Positions 55,415-64,000 of a stretch of DNA of 64,000 nt are shown here, piece after piece. Source of the stretch: an uncultured virus (IMG/VR IMGVR_UViG_3300018065_000015). Its lineage: Duplodnaviria > Heunggongvirae > Uroviricota > Caudoviricetes. The stretch lies in the IMG/VR virus record IMGVR_UViG_3300018065_000015, positions 1 to 64,000 of that record; one strand, written 5' to 3'. The notes below the pieces were generated by a model, which worked only from the letters and a program-made list of their open reading frames with translations, made no database searches and was not told where the DNA came from. The position numbers were made by a program, and so were the translations under genes. Position 1 is the stretch's first letter. Each line of letters opens with the position of its first letter.

Positions 55415-55753
55415 ATGAGTGCGGACCTCACGTTGAAGTACGCAACCACTTTCACGAGTCTTGCTAACGCTATGCGACTTGTGAAGGCGTCGCTGCTGGC
55501 CCTCAAGGATGCCAGCGATAATCTCAACGACTGGTGGGACGACCAAGACCTCGAAGGTGTGGAGGACGAGGACGAGTTCCTCGCCAAGAAAGCCGCCGAG
55601 ACTTTTGGCATCCCGGAGAGCTTCGCGCTCGCCCTTGTCGACTTTTCGTTGCTTCCAGAGATCAAAGGTATGAAGGCTGCGCCGCCTGACGCCATGACGC
55701 TCGCCGAAGCGCTATCACTACTGCACCCCCTAACAAGTGAGAGCTGGCCATGA
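55415..55753 (+). CDS. Hypothetical protein
   Basis: GGAGG RBS; coupled to the Rad50-like gene. Confidence 0.6.
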   Translation: MSADLTLKYATTFTSLANAMRLVKASLLALKDASDNLNDWWDDQDLEGVEDEDEFLAKKAAETFGIPESFALALVDFSLLPEIKGMKAAPPDAMTLAEALSLLHPLTSESWP

Positions 55754-57894
55754 TAATCCAGAAGGTCAACCTTCGACATTTCTGCCAGCACATCCAGGAA
55801 GAATTCACGCTGTCGCCTGGGCTCAACATGATCGTTGGGCCCAACGGCAGCGGGAAGACCAACCTCCTGCGTGCTACGCAGTTTCTCGTCACGGGGGACT
55901 CGGGCGGCAATCGCCCCAAGGCGGACGACGTCTACCAAGGCGTGTTCGGCTCAAACGAGGAGTCCTTTGTGAGCGGCCAGCTGTTGCACGAGGGAACAGT
56001 CATTACCCTCAAGCGTGCGCTCCAGCCGGCGACAGCCAATCTCATGGAGATCGGCGACGAGACCTGGACGTCTGTCAATGCCATTAACAGCGAGCTGTTC
56101 CGACGGCTGGGCACGACGAAGAAGCAGATCCACGACTACATCTTCGTCCGCCAACGCGGCATCGACGAGATGTTCGACCAAAAGCCCGCCGAGCGGGCCG
56201 CATCGCTGGCATCCCTCTTCGGCCTCGACAAGGCTGAGAAGATCTGGAAGCAGACCGGCGACTTCCTCAAAACGATCGAGGTGCCGACCACGACGTTGAG
56301 TCTGGATGAGCTGAACGCGCAGCACGCTGACATACAGGTGCAGATCACCGAGCTCAACAACCAGTTCGCGGCGCTCCATCTACCACTCGACGGCGACGCC
56401 AAGCTTGCGGAACATCAAACCGTGATCGACGGCTGTAAGCAGCGTGAGATGCTGATGAACAAGCAGGCGGTCCTGGAGAAGACGCGTGAAGAGACGCTCG
56501 CTTCTGCCAAGGCTGCGATGTCGTACCGGCAACAGTTGCAGACAGAGGCTACGCTGCTGGAGAACGCTATGGCCGCCGTCAGCGTCGAAGCCAATGACGC
56601 GCACGGCGAGCTGGCACGTTGGGACGCGTACGATAAGTCGCTGACAGCGCGCGAGCAGTTCGTCGCCGACGAGCTGGCTTTTCGTACCAAGTGGCCGAGT
56701 CATCCGAAGCAGCCGCGCGAGGTCGCACCGCTCGGTGAGGACCTTGTCGAGGCGTTGAAGGGCTATCGTGCAGTGCGTAACAGTCTCACCAACAGCATCA
56801 AAGGCCTGGAGGATGAGGACGACAACTGTCCGACGTGTGGCCAGCCACTGCCCGAGGCCGACCAGGCCACGGCACGCTTGCAGGAGCTGCACGATCAGCT
56901 GCGTGAGTGCGAGATGGAACGACAGCCGCTCGAGGAACAGCAACGTGCGTACGATCAGTACTGCGCCGAGCTGTTACACTGGCAACGGCAGTGCGAGGAG
57001 ATGGATAAAGAGCAGGAAGCCTTGGAGCAACGCAAAGAGGCCCTGCAGCTGGTTGAGCAACCACGCAGCGCGCGTGACGCTCTCCAGGCCGTCATCGACG
57101 AGCACACCGAGTTCTGTGCGGCGCATAAGGAGATCCAGGAGAAGCTTAAGGTGGCGCTTGCTACTGAGGCCAGCCTCGACGCGAAGCTGGACCAGCAAAA
57201 CCAGACGCACTTTGAGCAGACCGCGGAGATCGACTCGCTGCATAAGTACACGGCGGAGGCCGCTACCATTGCTCGCCAGGAGTTGCAGCAGCTGAAAGGC
57301 CGGCTGGCGCAGGCCACCGAGCTCGACAAGCAGATCGCTGTGCTGCGCGCCACGCTCGACGGCGTGGAGTCGAAGATCGACGACGTGCGGCGTGTGGAGC
57401 AAAAGAGCATCCGCACTCGGCAGGCTGTCGACCACCTGCAGCGTATCCGAGACATGTACCACCGCAACGAGGCCCCGCGCTTGGTGTCCTACACCTATAT
57501 CGAGAACATGCTCGACGAGGTGAACCGAACACTGGAGCTATTCGAGGCGCCTTTCCGGGTGGAGATGGACGAGGATCTGGGCTTCATCTGCCGGTTTACC
57601 GATGGTATTCGGGTGCAGCCCGACAGTCGGCTCTCGGTCGGCGAGCGGATCGTTCTTGCTATGGCGTTCCGCATTACAGTAAACTCTACGTTCGCAGGTC
57701 AGGTGGGTGTCCTCATTCTGGACGAGCCCACTGCCGGCCTTGACGAACACAACCTCGGCTGTCTACCGCACGCCCTGGAACGTCTGCAGGTACTATCTGC
57801 AGAGCGTGGACTCCAGGTTTTGTTCGTCACGCACGAACCGCGGATTCAGCACCTGTTTGACAACGTCATTACGTTACGAGCCCATGAAAACTGA
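55750..57894 (+). CDS. Rad50/SbcC-like SMC ATPase
   Basis: Walker A GPNGSGKT, coiled coil with CPTC zinc hook, signature LSVGE, Walker B ILDEPT, VTH. Confidence 0.92.
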   Translation: MIIQKVNLRHFCQHIQEEFTLSPGLNMIVGPNGSGKTNLLRATQFLVTGDSGGNRPKADDVYQGVFGSNEESFVSGQLLHEGTVITLKRALQPATANLMEIGDETWTSVNAINSELFRRLGTTKKQIHDYIFVRQRGIDEMFDQKPAERAASLASLFGLDKAEKIWKQTGDFLKTIEVPTTTLSLDELNAQHADIQVQITELNNQFAALHLPLDGDAKLAEHQTVIDGCKQREMLMNKQAVLEKTREETLASAKAAMSYRQQLQTEATLLENAMAAVSVEANDAHGELARWDAYDKSLTAREQFVADELAFRTKWPSHPKQPREVAPLGEDLVEALKGYRAVRNSLTNSIKGLEDEDDNCPTCGQPLPEADQATARLQELHDQLRECEMERQPLEEQQRAYDQYCAELLHWQRQCEEMDKEQEALEQRKEALQLVEQPRSARDALQAVIDEHTEFCAAHKEIQEKLKVALATEASLDAKLDQQNQTHFEQTAEIDSLHKYTAEAATIARQELQQLKGRLAQATELDKQIAVLRATLDGVESKIDDVRRVEQKSIRTRQAVDHLQRIRDMYHRNEAPRLVSYTYIENMLDEVNRTLELFEAPFRVEMDEDLGFICRFTDGIRVQPDSRLSVGERIVLAMAFRITVNSTFAGQVGVLILDEPTAGLDEHNLGCLPHALERLQVLSAERGLQVLFVTHEPRIQHLFDNVITLRAHEN

Positions 57895-58924
57895 TTCGCA
57901 GATCCTTAAGCTGCATGTTGCTCACAAGCAAGTGTGGTATTTGGATGGCATGGATATAGCACGGACCGATGGCCACGCGATCGAGGACTTCCTCGATACA
58001 AGCCGGCTACAGTGCGCCGAGCGGGTCCGCCTGCTCGGTCTCCATGCCAATGCGAGGCTCATTACGGCGTTGTACGACCGCAAGCTCAAAGGTCAGCCCT
58101 TGGAGATTGAAGTCGCATCGCCGTTGGCGTGCGCGTCTGTTGCGGAGCGTCATAACCCAGAGGCTGTGCTGTATCGCATGCGCCTCTTCGAACGCGCTCC
58201 GAGTGTCGGCGGCTTTCATACCGTCACTGAGAACGACTACCGTGCATATGCCCTCGCGGTCGAAACCATGCAGAGCGTCTTTAACAACATGCCAACAACC
58301 CAGCAGGCGTTACGACTTCTGCGTGCCCATCCAGCGTGGCGCGCAGTGTCGTTCATCCACAGCGTCAACCCCATGGCTGTCGCTGGCCTGCTCAGCTACA
58401 TGCTCGATCCGCGGTGGTTCGTTGACCCGTGCTACCCGGACCGTTTGAGTAAGCTGTACATGAGTCTCGGGCTGCATCCAAAGACGCAGGCTGGGGTGAC
58501 GTTGGGCGGTGCGCAGCACCGTAACCACAAACGCTGTGCGCTGGTACTGCGTTGCTGGAAAGACAGAACACGTGAGGGCGAGGTGCGCAGCAAGTTCGAA
58601 GTCACCGCGCCTGTCGCCGTGACAGGCAGCTCCGAACTCGGGCTCGCACCGTATGACTTCTCGTGGCGTCAGTGGGGATTGCACATGGGTATCGGCATGG
58701 ACACCGACATCGAACCCAATCCTGTCAAGGCGGATCTGCGTGCGTCACAACGCTTCGTGGCCTTCCTGAGGCATACGTGGCTGGATGCGCTTTATCGCGA
58801 TTCGAGTGCCTTGCCAGGCGTCAATACCGAACTGTTCCGACCCGGCGATTTCTTCAAGCAACACAAGGAGATCATCGCTTACCAACAGCACGTGGAAGCG
58901 ACCGAAGGAGACAGTTACTGCTGA
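57884..58924 (+). CDS. Hypothetical protein with a segment resembling the IS110 transposase C-terminal (Nop-like) domain
   Basis: VSFIHSVNPMAVAGLLSYMLDPRWF...LSKLYMSLGLHP resembles the L..IPG.G...A..LLAEI.D..RF...L..Y.GL.P pattern. Confidence 0.5.
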   Translation: MKTDSQILKLHVAHKQVWYLDGMDIARTDGHAIEDFLDTSRLQCAERVRLLGLHANARLITALYDRKLKGQPLEIEVASPLACASVAERHNPEAVLYRMRLFERAPSVGGFHTVTENDYRAYALAVETMQSVFNNMPTTQQALRLLRAHPAWRAVSFIHSVNPMAVAGLLSYMLDPRWFVDPCYPDRLSKLYMSLGLHPKTQAGVTLGGAQHRNHKRCALVLRCWKDRTREGEVRSKFEVTAPVAVTGSSELGLAPYDFSWRQWGLHMGIGMDTDIEPNPVKADLRASQRFVAFLRHTWLDALYRDSSALPGVNTELFRPGDFFKQHKEIIAYQQHVEATEGDSYC

Positions 58925-58993
58925 CCGTATCTAGTGGTGTTGAAGTTTCTGACCACAAAATATGGGATTGTCAAAACTGCCGGTGTTTATCCG

Positions 58994-59022
58994 TTGACAG
59001 GCTCAACAACGGCAGGTAGTAT
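58994..59022 (+). promoter_or_regulatory. Sigma70-like promoter
   Basis: TTGACA-17 nt-TAGTAT upstream of the RAMP-like gene. Confidence 0.65.
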
Positions 59023-59053
59023 GCATACTGCCAACGGGCAAAAGGAAGTTCCC

Positions 59054-59506
59054 GTGATCGAAGTAAGGATACAGCTGCGGTTCAATCAGCACTCACTCGG
59101 AGACCGCCGAACTAAGCAGCTCAACCAGATGCTGCGCGACCCTGACGGCCGTGTAATGTTCATGCCGACCTGGTGGAAGGCATTGATGCGTTATGCGGCT
59201 CAAGTTGTCAATAGACACCACGATGCTGTCAAAGACATCGACTGGGCGCCCGTCATCGAGGGAACTCCAAGGGAGTACAAACGATTCTACGCCCCGCAGA
59301 AGTTCACACTTCACGAGGCGTTCTTTCCAGGGGACGAGATCATCGTACACGCAGTGCTGCCGACGGAACTTCCTATCGACGACTTCAAGGAGTTGCTTGA
59401 GGTGGCCGGCAAGTACAGAGGCATCAGTCCCTATCGCAAGGATCAGAAGTACGGCACCTTTGATGTCATTGCTGTGACGCGGAGGATCAGGACAAAACCC
59501 AAGTAA
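59054..59506 (+). CDS. Small RAMP-superfamily (Cas7/Csm3-like) protein
   Basis: N-terminal strand IEVRIQLRF...SLG, HEAFFPG, and C-terminal LLEVAGKYRGISPYR...YGTFDV G-rich-loop pattern. Confidence 0.6.
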   Translation: MIEVRIQLRFNQHSLGDRRTKQLNQMLRDPDGRVMFMPTWWKALMRYAAQVVNRHHDAVKDIDWAPVIEGTPREYKRFYAPQKFTLHEAFFPGDEIIVHAVLPTELPIDDFKELLEVAGKYRGISPYRKDQKYGTFDVIAVTRRIRTKPK

Positions 59507-59509
59507 AAG

Positions 59510-59541
59510 AAAAGGCCCGCTGGTGGCACAGCGAGCCTTTT
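59510..59541. terminator. Hairpin terminator after the RAMP-like gene
   Basis: AAAAGGCCCGCTG...CAGCGAGCCTTTT. Confidence 0.65.
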
Positions 59542-59648
59542 GTGTTTCACGACCTGCAGGGGCATGCGGTCATGGCGGTATGTTACTGCCAATGATAGCG
59601 GACCCTGCGCATGTGGTCAACCCCGTTGGGGGGACCAAAGGACGCAGA

Positions 59649-61190
59649 ATGTCAAAAGTGGCAATGATCCGCAAAAGCGGACCGTTCATTGCGGTCTCGC
59701 AGGACGGCGTAGCTTCGCTCACGCCGAACGAATACCGGATCCTTGAAAACCAGCTCTGGTACACCAAGCTCACGTTTCACTACGGTGCAGCTGCCTATGA
59801 CCCCCATACGGGGGATCGGCAGAGCATGTCCGGCGAGCGCCGAAAGCTCTATCAGTACGACAATAACGGACATTTCATCTGCCAGCGCGGCTTCTACCCC
59901 CGGGTTAGGGGGTTACTTGAGGAAGCCGGGTATACCATCACCTTCGTCGACACGGATCCGCCTGTGGATCCTGTCATCTACACGCCCGACTGGGATCGGA
60001 TCTTCGAACGCTTCCAACTCCGTGCGAAGCAGGACGAGTGTCTCGCCCAGATCGACATGCACGACGGTGGCTATATCGATGCGCCTCCAGCGTTCGGTAA
60101 GACGCACGTAATGGCCATGGTGAGTTCCATGTACCCGAGGGCCAAGATTGACATCGTGGCCAAGAGAAAGGACGTGGTGGGCCGTATACGCGATCTCCTG
60201 ACGCGTTGGGTCCCTAGCGTCGGTATGGTCGGCGGAGGCAAGAAGCAGAAGGGGCGAGTCACGGTCTACACCGCTGACAGCTTGCACCACTCTGACTTCG
60301 ACGCGCATATCATGCTGGCCGACGAAGGGCACGAGTTGATGACAGATCGTCTAGCCAAGCTGCTGGGCAACTATCACTACTCTCGCAACTTCGCATTCTC
60401 TGCTACCCCGGACACGCGCCTCGACAATGCCCACTTCCGCATGGAGGGCATCTTTGGGCCGTGCGTCTTCAAGATGTCTCAGCAAGAGGCAGAGCAGGCG
60501 GGACTCGTGTCGCCTGTCTTCGTACAGTGGATCGATGTTCGGCTGTCGCACAACCCGATCGCCAACATCAAGACTCTCGTGGCGCAGAAGCGCAACGGGA
60601 TCTGGAGGAATCAATACCGCAACCAGGTCATCGCTGAAACCGCTCGGGCGTTCCGAGAGGGCGACGATCAGGTGCTCATCCTCGTCGACACAGTGGACCA
60701 TGCATTGCATCTGCGAAAGCTGTTGCCGGAGGCGGCGCTGTGTTACTCTGAAGGTGCTCTCACCGACGGATCGAAGCGGGCCATGTTCATACGGAACGGT
60801 TTGCTCGACGAGGACGAACAGATGACTACGGCGCTGCGCAACAGTCTGCGGCACCAGTTCGAGAACCGTGAAATCAAGCTGGTCATCGCTACAGGTGTCT
60901 GGTCCGTCGGCGTGTCTTTCGATTCGCTGAACGTCTTGATCCGCGCCGATGCCGGCGCCAGCGAAACTACCAACATCCAACTGCCCGGCCGCGTGTGTCG
61001 AATCGACCCATCGAGCGGCAAGCAGTGTGGCATTCTCATCGACTTCAATGACGTATGGGATACGAAGTTCAAAGGCCGAGCCGCAGACCGTCGACGCGAT
61101 TATCACAAACGCGGATGGACGCAGCTGCTGGCTGACGGCAAATTGTGGACCCCAGGCATGAGAGTGAACCGTGTCGGAACACAGAAATAG
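59649..61190 (+). CDS. Superfamily 2 helicase (UvsW/XPB-like)
   Basis: APPAFGKT, ADEGH, SATP, GVS.D, QLPGRVCR motifs. Confidence 0.9.
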   Translation: MSKVAMIRKSGPFIAVSQDGVASLTPNEYRILENQLWYTKLTFHYGAAAYDPHTGDRQSMSGERRKLYQYDNNGHFICQRGFYPRVRGLLEEAGYTITFVDTDPPVDPVIYTPDWDRIFERFQLRAKQDECLAQIDMHDGGYIDAPPAFGKTHVMAMVSSMYPRAKIDIVAKRKDVVGRIRDLLTRWVPSVGMVGGGKKQKGRVTVYTADSLHHSDFDAHIMLADEGHELMTDRLAKLLGNYHYSRNFAFSATPDTRLDNAHFRMEGIFGPCVFKMSQQEAEQAGLVSPVFVQWIDVRLSHNPIANIKTLVAQKRNGIWRNQYRNQVIAETARAFREGDDQVLILVDTVDHALHLRKLLPEAALCYSEGALTDGSKRAMFIRNGLLDEDEQMTTALRNSLRHQFENREIKLVIATGVWSVGVSFDSLNVLIRADAGASETTNIQLPGRVCRIDPSSGKQCGILIDFNDVWDTKFKGRAADRRRDYHKRGWTQLLADGKLWTPGMRVNRVGTQK

Positions 61191-61884
61191 CTCGTTGCGT
61201 ATGCAGCGGCCGCCGCCGGAAGAATACGAGGCGCTGCCGGAACGCAACATGTTCTCCACCAACCCCGCTGGTCACATGGCCAGGCGGCTCTACCAAGCGT
61301 ACAAACGCGAGACATACTGGCGTGCTATGCGCGTGGAGAATGTCAAGCTACCGAACTTCAACACGCGCGAGCTGGGTGACTGCTGGCCGCGGCTGGCACG
61401 CCTCATCATGCAGTCGGGCTGGTCGAATGCCGAGCGGTTCATCCACGTGCAGTTCAAGTACGGGCCGAGCAGCGAGAAGCTGCAGACGCTCGAGCACGGA
61501 CCGCTGGTGAACATGCTCACGTCCGAAAAGGCGATGAAGCAGTACACGCAGTACATCGTCCGTGCCGACAGCATGCTGGTACAGCAGTTGGAGTCTGCCA
61601 AACTCGAGTTCAAGTGTGCTAGCGCTGAATGCGCGGGACAGTACCCGCACCTGCCCACCAGGGAGCGCTGGGAACTTATTCTCATGAATAAAATGTTGGA
61701 TCTCCCGCCGCTGTTCCGGTACTGCGTGGCCTCTTCCGAGGGGCTCGCCTGTGCCAAGGACTTGTGGGAAGAAGGCTTTCAGCAGTTCATGTCCGATCCG
61801 ATCGGGTATACGCGTACGTGGGAAGCGACCATTCCTGCCGAAATGAAAGCCGAAGCCGAAGAACTACTGCAGCTCAAACTCTAG
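61171..61884 (+). CDS. Hypothetical protein in replication block
   Basis: 237-aa ORF between the two helicases. Confidence 0.7.
   Translation: MSEHRNSSLRMQRPPPEEYEALPERNMFSTNPAGHMARRLYQAYKRETYWRAMRVENVKLPNFNTRELGDCWPRLARLIMQSGWSNAERFIHVQFKYGPSSEKLQTLEHGPLVNMLTSEKAMKQYTQYIVRADSMLVQQLESAKLEFKCASAECAGQYPHLPTRERWELILMNKMLDLPPLFRYCVASSEGLACAKDLWEEGFQQFMSDPIGYTRTWEATIPAEMKAEAEELLQLKL
61677..61692. promoter_or_regulatory. TTATTC-N4-GAATAA palindrome, copy 6 (TTATTCTCATGAATAA), intragenic
   Basis: Full match to both half-sites inside a CDS, about 200 nt upstream of the DnaB-like gene. Confidence 0.5.
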
Positions 61885-61895
61885 AAAGGGGCATC

Positions 61896-63551
61896 ATGGA
61901 GAACCCTATGGTCAAAGTGGAAGCGCCGGTAGCTCCTGTCAACGAGCCCGGGCAACTCCAGGAAACCAAGAAGGACGATATCGATCCCAATCCGATCGAC
62001 GACTTCTCGATCGAGTTCCTGTTGCTGCACGCTTCTCGTGACCGCGAAGTCTACTATGCTGTGCGTCAGCACCTGGAGCCTGAGCATCTCGGCTTCCCGC
62101 AAGAGCTGCCGTATCGGGTGTACCTGAAGGCGTTGTACGAGTATTTCGACAAGTACAACCGCCTACCCAATCGGCAGAGCATCTGGATCCGAGTGATCGA
62201 CGAGCTTAACGCCATGCCAAACCTGCACGCCGATGTGTTCAAGGTGGCAGAGGGCGTGATGGACTGGATCTTCGACGAGAACGTCAACCCAATCTCGTCG
62301 TTCGAGCCCGACGCCGCGCTGGACATCCTGCGGAAGGTCCTGGTTGACCGCGGCCCCGGCCGCAGGTTGAAGGACGCCGTCGCCAGAGCGGGCTACAGCC
62401 ACATCAACGATCTCCCAAAGCTGGTGCTCGCAGCACAGAAGCAGATCGAGGTGATCGAAACTATCGGACGTGTCAACGAAGAGGAGACAATACCGATGGA
62501 ATGGGACCAAGTAGCGCGGCCACGCTGGCCGACTGGCGTGTCGTTTATCGATCGCGCGATGGAAGGCGGTTCCGAGCCGGGTGACGTCAACGTCATCATC
62601 GGAGCCACGGGCGGCGGCAAGACTACACTGTCCATGCAGATGGCGGTGTCGATCGCACGCATCCAGAACCAGATCGAGATGACCGGAGACGGTGAGCCCG
62701 GCCTGGTGGTCTTCATCAGCTACGAGGATAACCGTCGAATGCTACAGATCCGTGCTGCATCCTGTGCGGCGCAGGTCCCGAAGAACCAGCTGCGCTTCAT
62801 GCAAGAGCCGCTGAGCACTACGGGCAATCTGAAGAGCTACGAGCAGACCATGTATCGTGCAGCGCCCGCCACTGGTGAGCTGCTGGGCGAACGTGAGCGC
62901 CTGCAAGCTGCCCGTGGGTGGCTCAACAGGTACATGAAGTTCGTCGACTTCCACGACGGTAAGGAAGGCGGCGGAGGCGGCGTTATGGAGGCACGGCAAC
63001 GGTTACTCGCCATCCAGGGCAAGTCCGACATACCCATCCGCACCGTGGTGCTGGACTGGGCGGGCCTGATGGTGCGGAAGCACCTGCTGGAGACGAACCG
63101 TCAGGTCGACGGCAGCAACATGGCTGTGATGCTGGGCGGCTTGGTCGCTGAGCTGAAAGAGCAAGTCGCTGCCGAGTTCAACTGCACTGTATGGCTGCCG
63201 CACCAGCTTCGCGGACAGGCGACAGGCAGGTCTCCATCGGTTGCCCCAAACCACAATGAGGCCGAGTGGTGTGCCTCCTTCGCCAATATGGCGTGGTATG
63301 CGTTCTGCATAGGGACCAAGGACAAGCAGCATAATGTCTGCCAGCTGGTCGCTACGAAGACGCGCCACGGTGAAGGTATGCCTCCGGCGATCGTACGCGT
63401 AGACGGCGGGTTTTGCAAGCTGACCGACGTGTCGGACCAGTTTGAGCCGGACCATGTCCGACGACAGATCGTGCCGCGTGACGATGTTGCGAACTACCAC
63501 GACAACATCCAAAACGAATCTGACGACTACTGGGACGAGGTCACATCATGA
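61896..63551 (+). CDS. Replicative DnaB-like (SF4) helicase
   Basis: Walker A GATGGGKT, FISYED, VVLDWAG, HQL, KTRHG. Confidence 0.85.
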   Translation: MENPMVKVEAPVAPVNEPGQLQETKKDDIDPNPIDDFSIEFLLLHASRDREVYYAVRQHLEPEHLGFPQELPYRVYLKALYEYFDKYNRLPNRQSIWIRVIDELNAMPNLHADVFKVAEGVMDWIFDENVNPISSFEPDAALDILRKVLVDRGPGRRLKDAVARAGYSHINDLPKLVLAAQKQIEVIETIGRVNEEETIPMEWDQVARPRWPTGVSFIDRAMEGGSEPGDVNVIIGATGGGKTTLSMQMAVSIARIQNQIEMTGDGEPGLVVFISYEDNRRMLQIRAASCAAQVPKNQLRFMQEPLSTTGNLKSYEQTMYRAAPATGELLGERERLQAARGWLNRYMKFVDFHDGKEGGGGGVMEARQRLLAIQGKSDIPIRTVVLDWAGLMVRKHLLETNRQVDGSNMAVMLGGLVAELKEQVAAEFNCTVWLPHQLRGQATGRSPSVAPNHNEAEWCASFANMAWYAFCIGTKDKQHNVCQLVATKTRHGEGMPPAIVRVDGGFCKLTDVSDQFEPDHVRRQIVPRDDVANYHDNIQNESDDYWDEVTS

Positions 63552-64000
63552 AATCGGTTACCGGCGTGACCCTGGGCAACGATGCCGCAGGCGCACACGT
63601 CATCAACCCGTTCCTTTACGAGAAGCTCCAGAAACGCTTCGGCGATGTTATCATCGCCAAGCAAGGCGAGCCGATCTACGGGAACTACACGTATGACGGC
63701 AGCGGCTTCAAGTACGACACCCTCGGCGGAGAGTATTATCGCGTCTGCTGCCCGTTCTGCGAGCAGAAGCGCGCGGTGGATACCAAACACCGACTGTGGA
63801 TCAGCCATCGCTGGGGCGTCGGCCTCGACGAGGATGACCCGCAGACCAAACTGAAGCCGAACGATCGGTTTTGGTGGGCGTGGGTGTGCTACAACGAGCA
63901 TTGCGAAGAGAACCCGGCGAACACCAAACAGTTGCAGACCTGGGTCTACGGCGGTATCGGCCGGGAGCTACACGCGCCCGCCGTCAAGCTGCAGTTCCAC
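63548..64000 (+). CDS. Probable DNA primase, N-terminal zinc-binding domain (truncated by window edge)
   Basis: GEYYRVCCPFC...DTKHRLWI...VCYNEHC; coupled (ATGA) to the DnaB-like gene. Confidence 0.7.
   Translation, partial: MKSVTGVTLGNDAAGAHVINPFLYEKLQKRFGDVIIAKQGEPIYGNYTYDGSGFKYDTLGGEYYRVCCPFCEQKRAVDTKHRLWISHRWGVGLDEDDPQTKLKPNDRFWWAWVCYNEHCEENPANTKQLQTWVYGGIGRELHAPAVKLQFH

Noticed and set aside
57884..58924. Active IS110 insertion sequence
   Set aside because: No N-terminal DEDD motif or catalytic SG is seen, and the gene is coupled to the Rad50-like gene, which suggests a resident gene.
58925..59648. CRISPR or other guide array flanking the RAMP-like gene
   Set aside because: No direct repeats or short-period pattern are visible on either side; only a promoter, a terminator and short hairpins.
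1..64000. Stop-codon reassignment
   Set aside because: Recognisable genes are full length in the standard code and end in TAA, TAG and TGA.

Overview
This 64-kb, roughly 60% GC window reads as part of a large (probably jumbo) tailed-phage genome. It has densely packed, mostly + strand genes, many hypothetical proteins, and an isolated minus-strand terminase large subunit. A replication/repair block contains Mre11/Rad50-like genes, an SF2 helicase, a DnaB-like helicase and a partial primase. Elsewhere are an NAD-dependent ligase, RNase H, a sigma-70 factor, NDK, an HldE-like ADP-heptose synthase, a minus-strand nucleotide-metabolism operon and four canonical tRNAs. The most unusual content is non-coding or motif-level: (1) a ~395-nt closed RNA whose two ends rebuild the 23S rRNA L11-binding (GTPase-associated) domain around a large insert; (2) an RNA with two circularly permuted tRNA modules and hexamer-periodic linkers behind a DUF7873-like gene; (3) an island of tRNA-like and helix-closed RNAs at 14.6-18.3 kb; (4) a stand-alone RAMP/Cas7-like gene beside an IS110/Nop-domain-like gene and a helicase, with no CRISPR array; (5) a shared C-terminal R-x-[PFW]-R-[GKR]-[VI] tag on many unrelated proteins, clustered near an AAA+/DUF1257/DUF2997 module; (6) six copies of a parS-like 16-bp palindrome. 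All family names come from motif recognition by eye and need HMM/covariance-model confirmation. The host is not determined.
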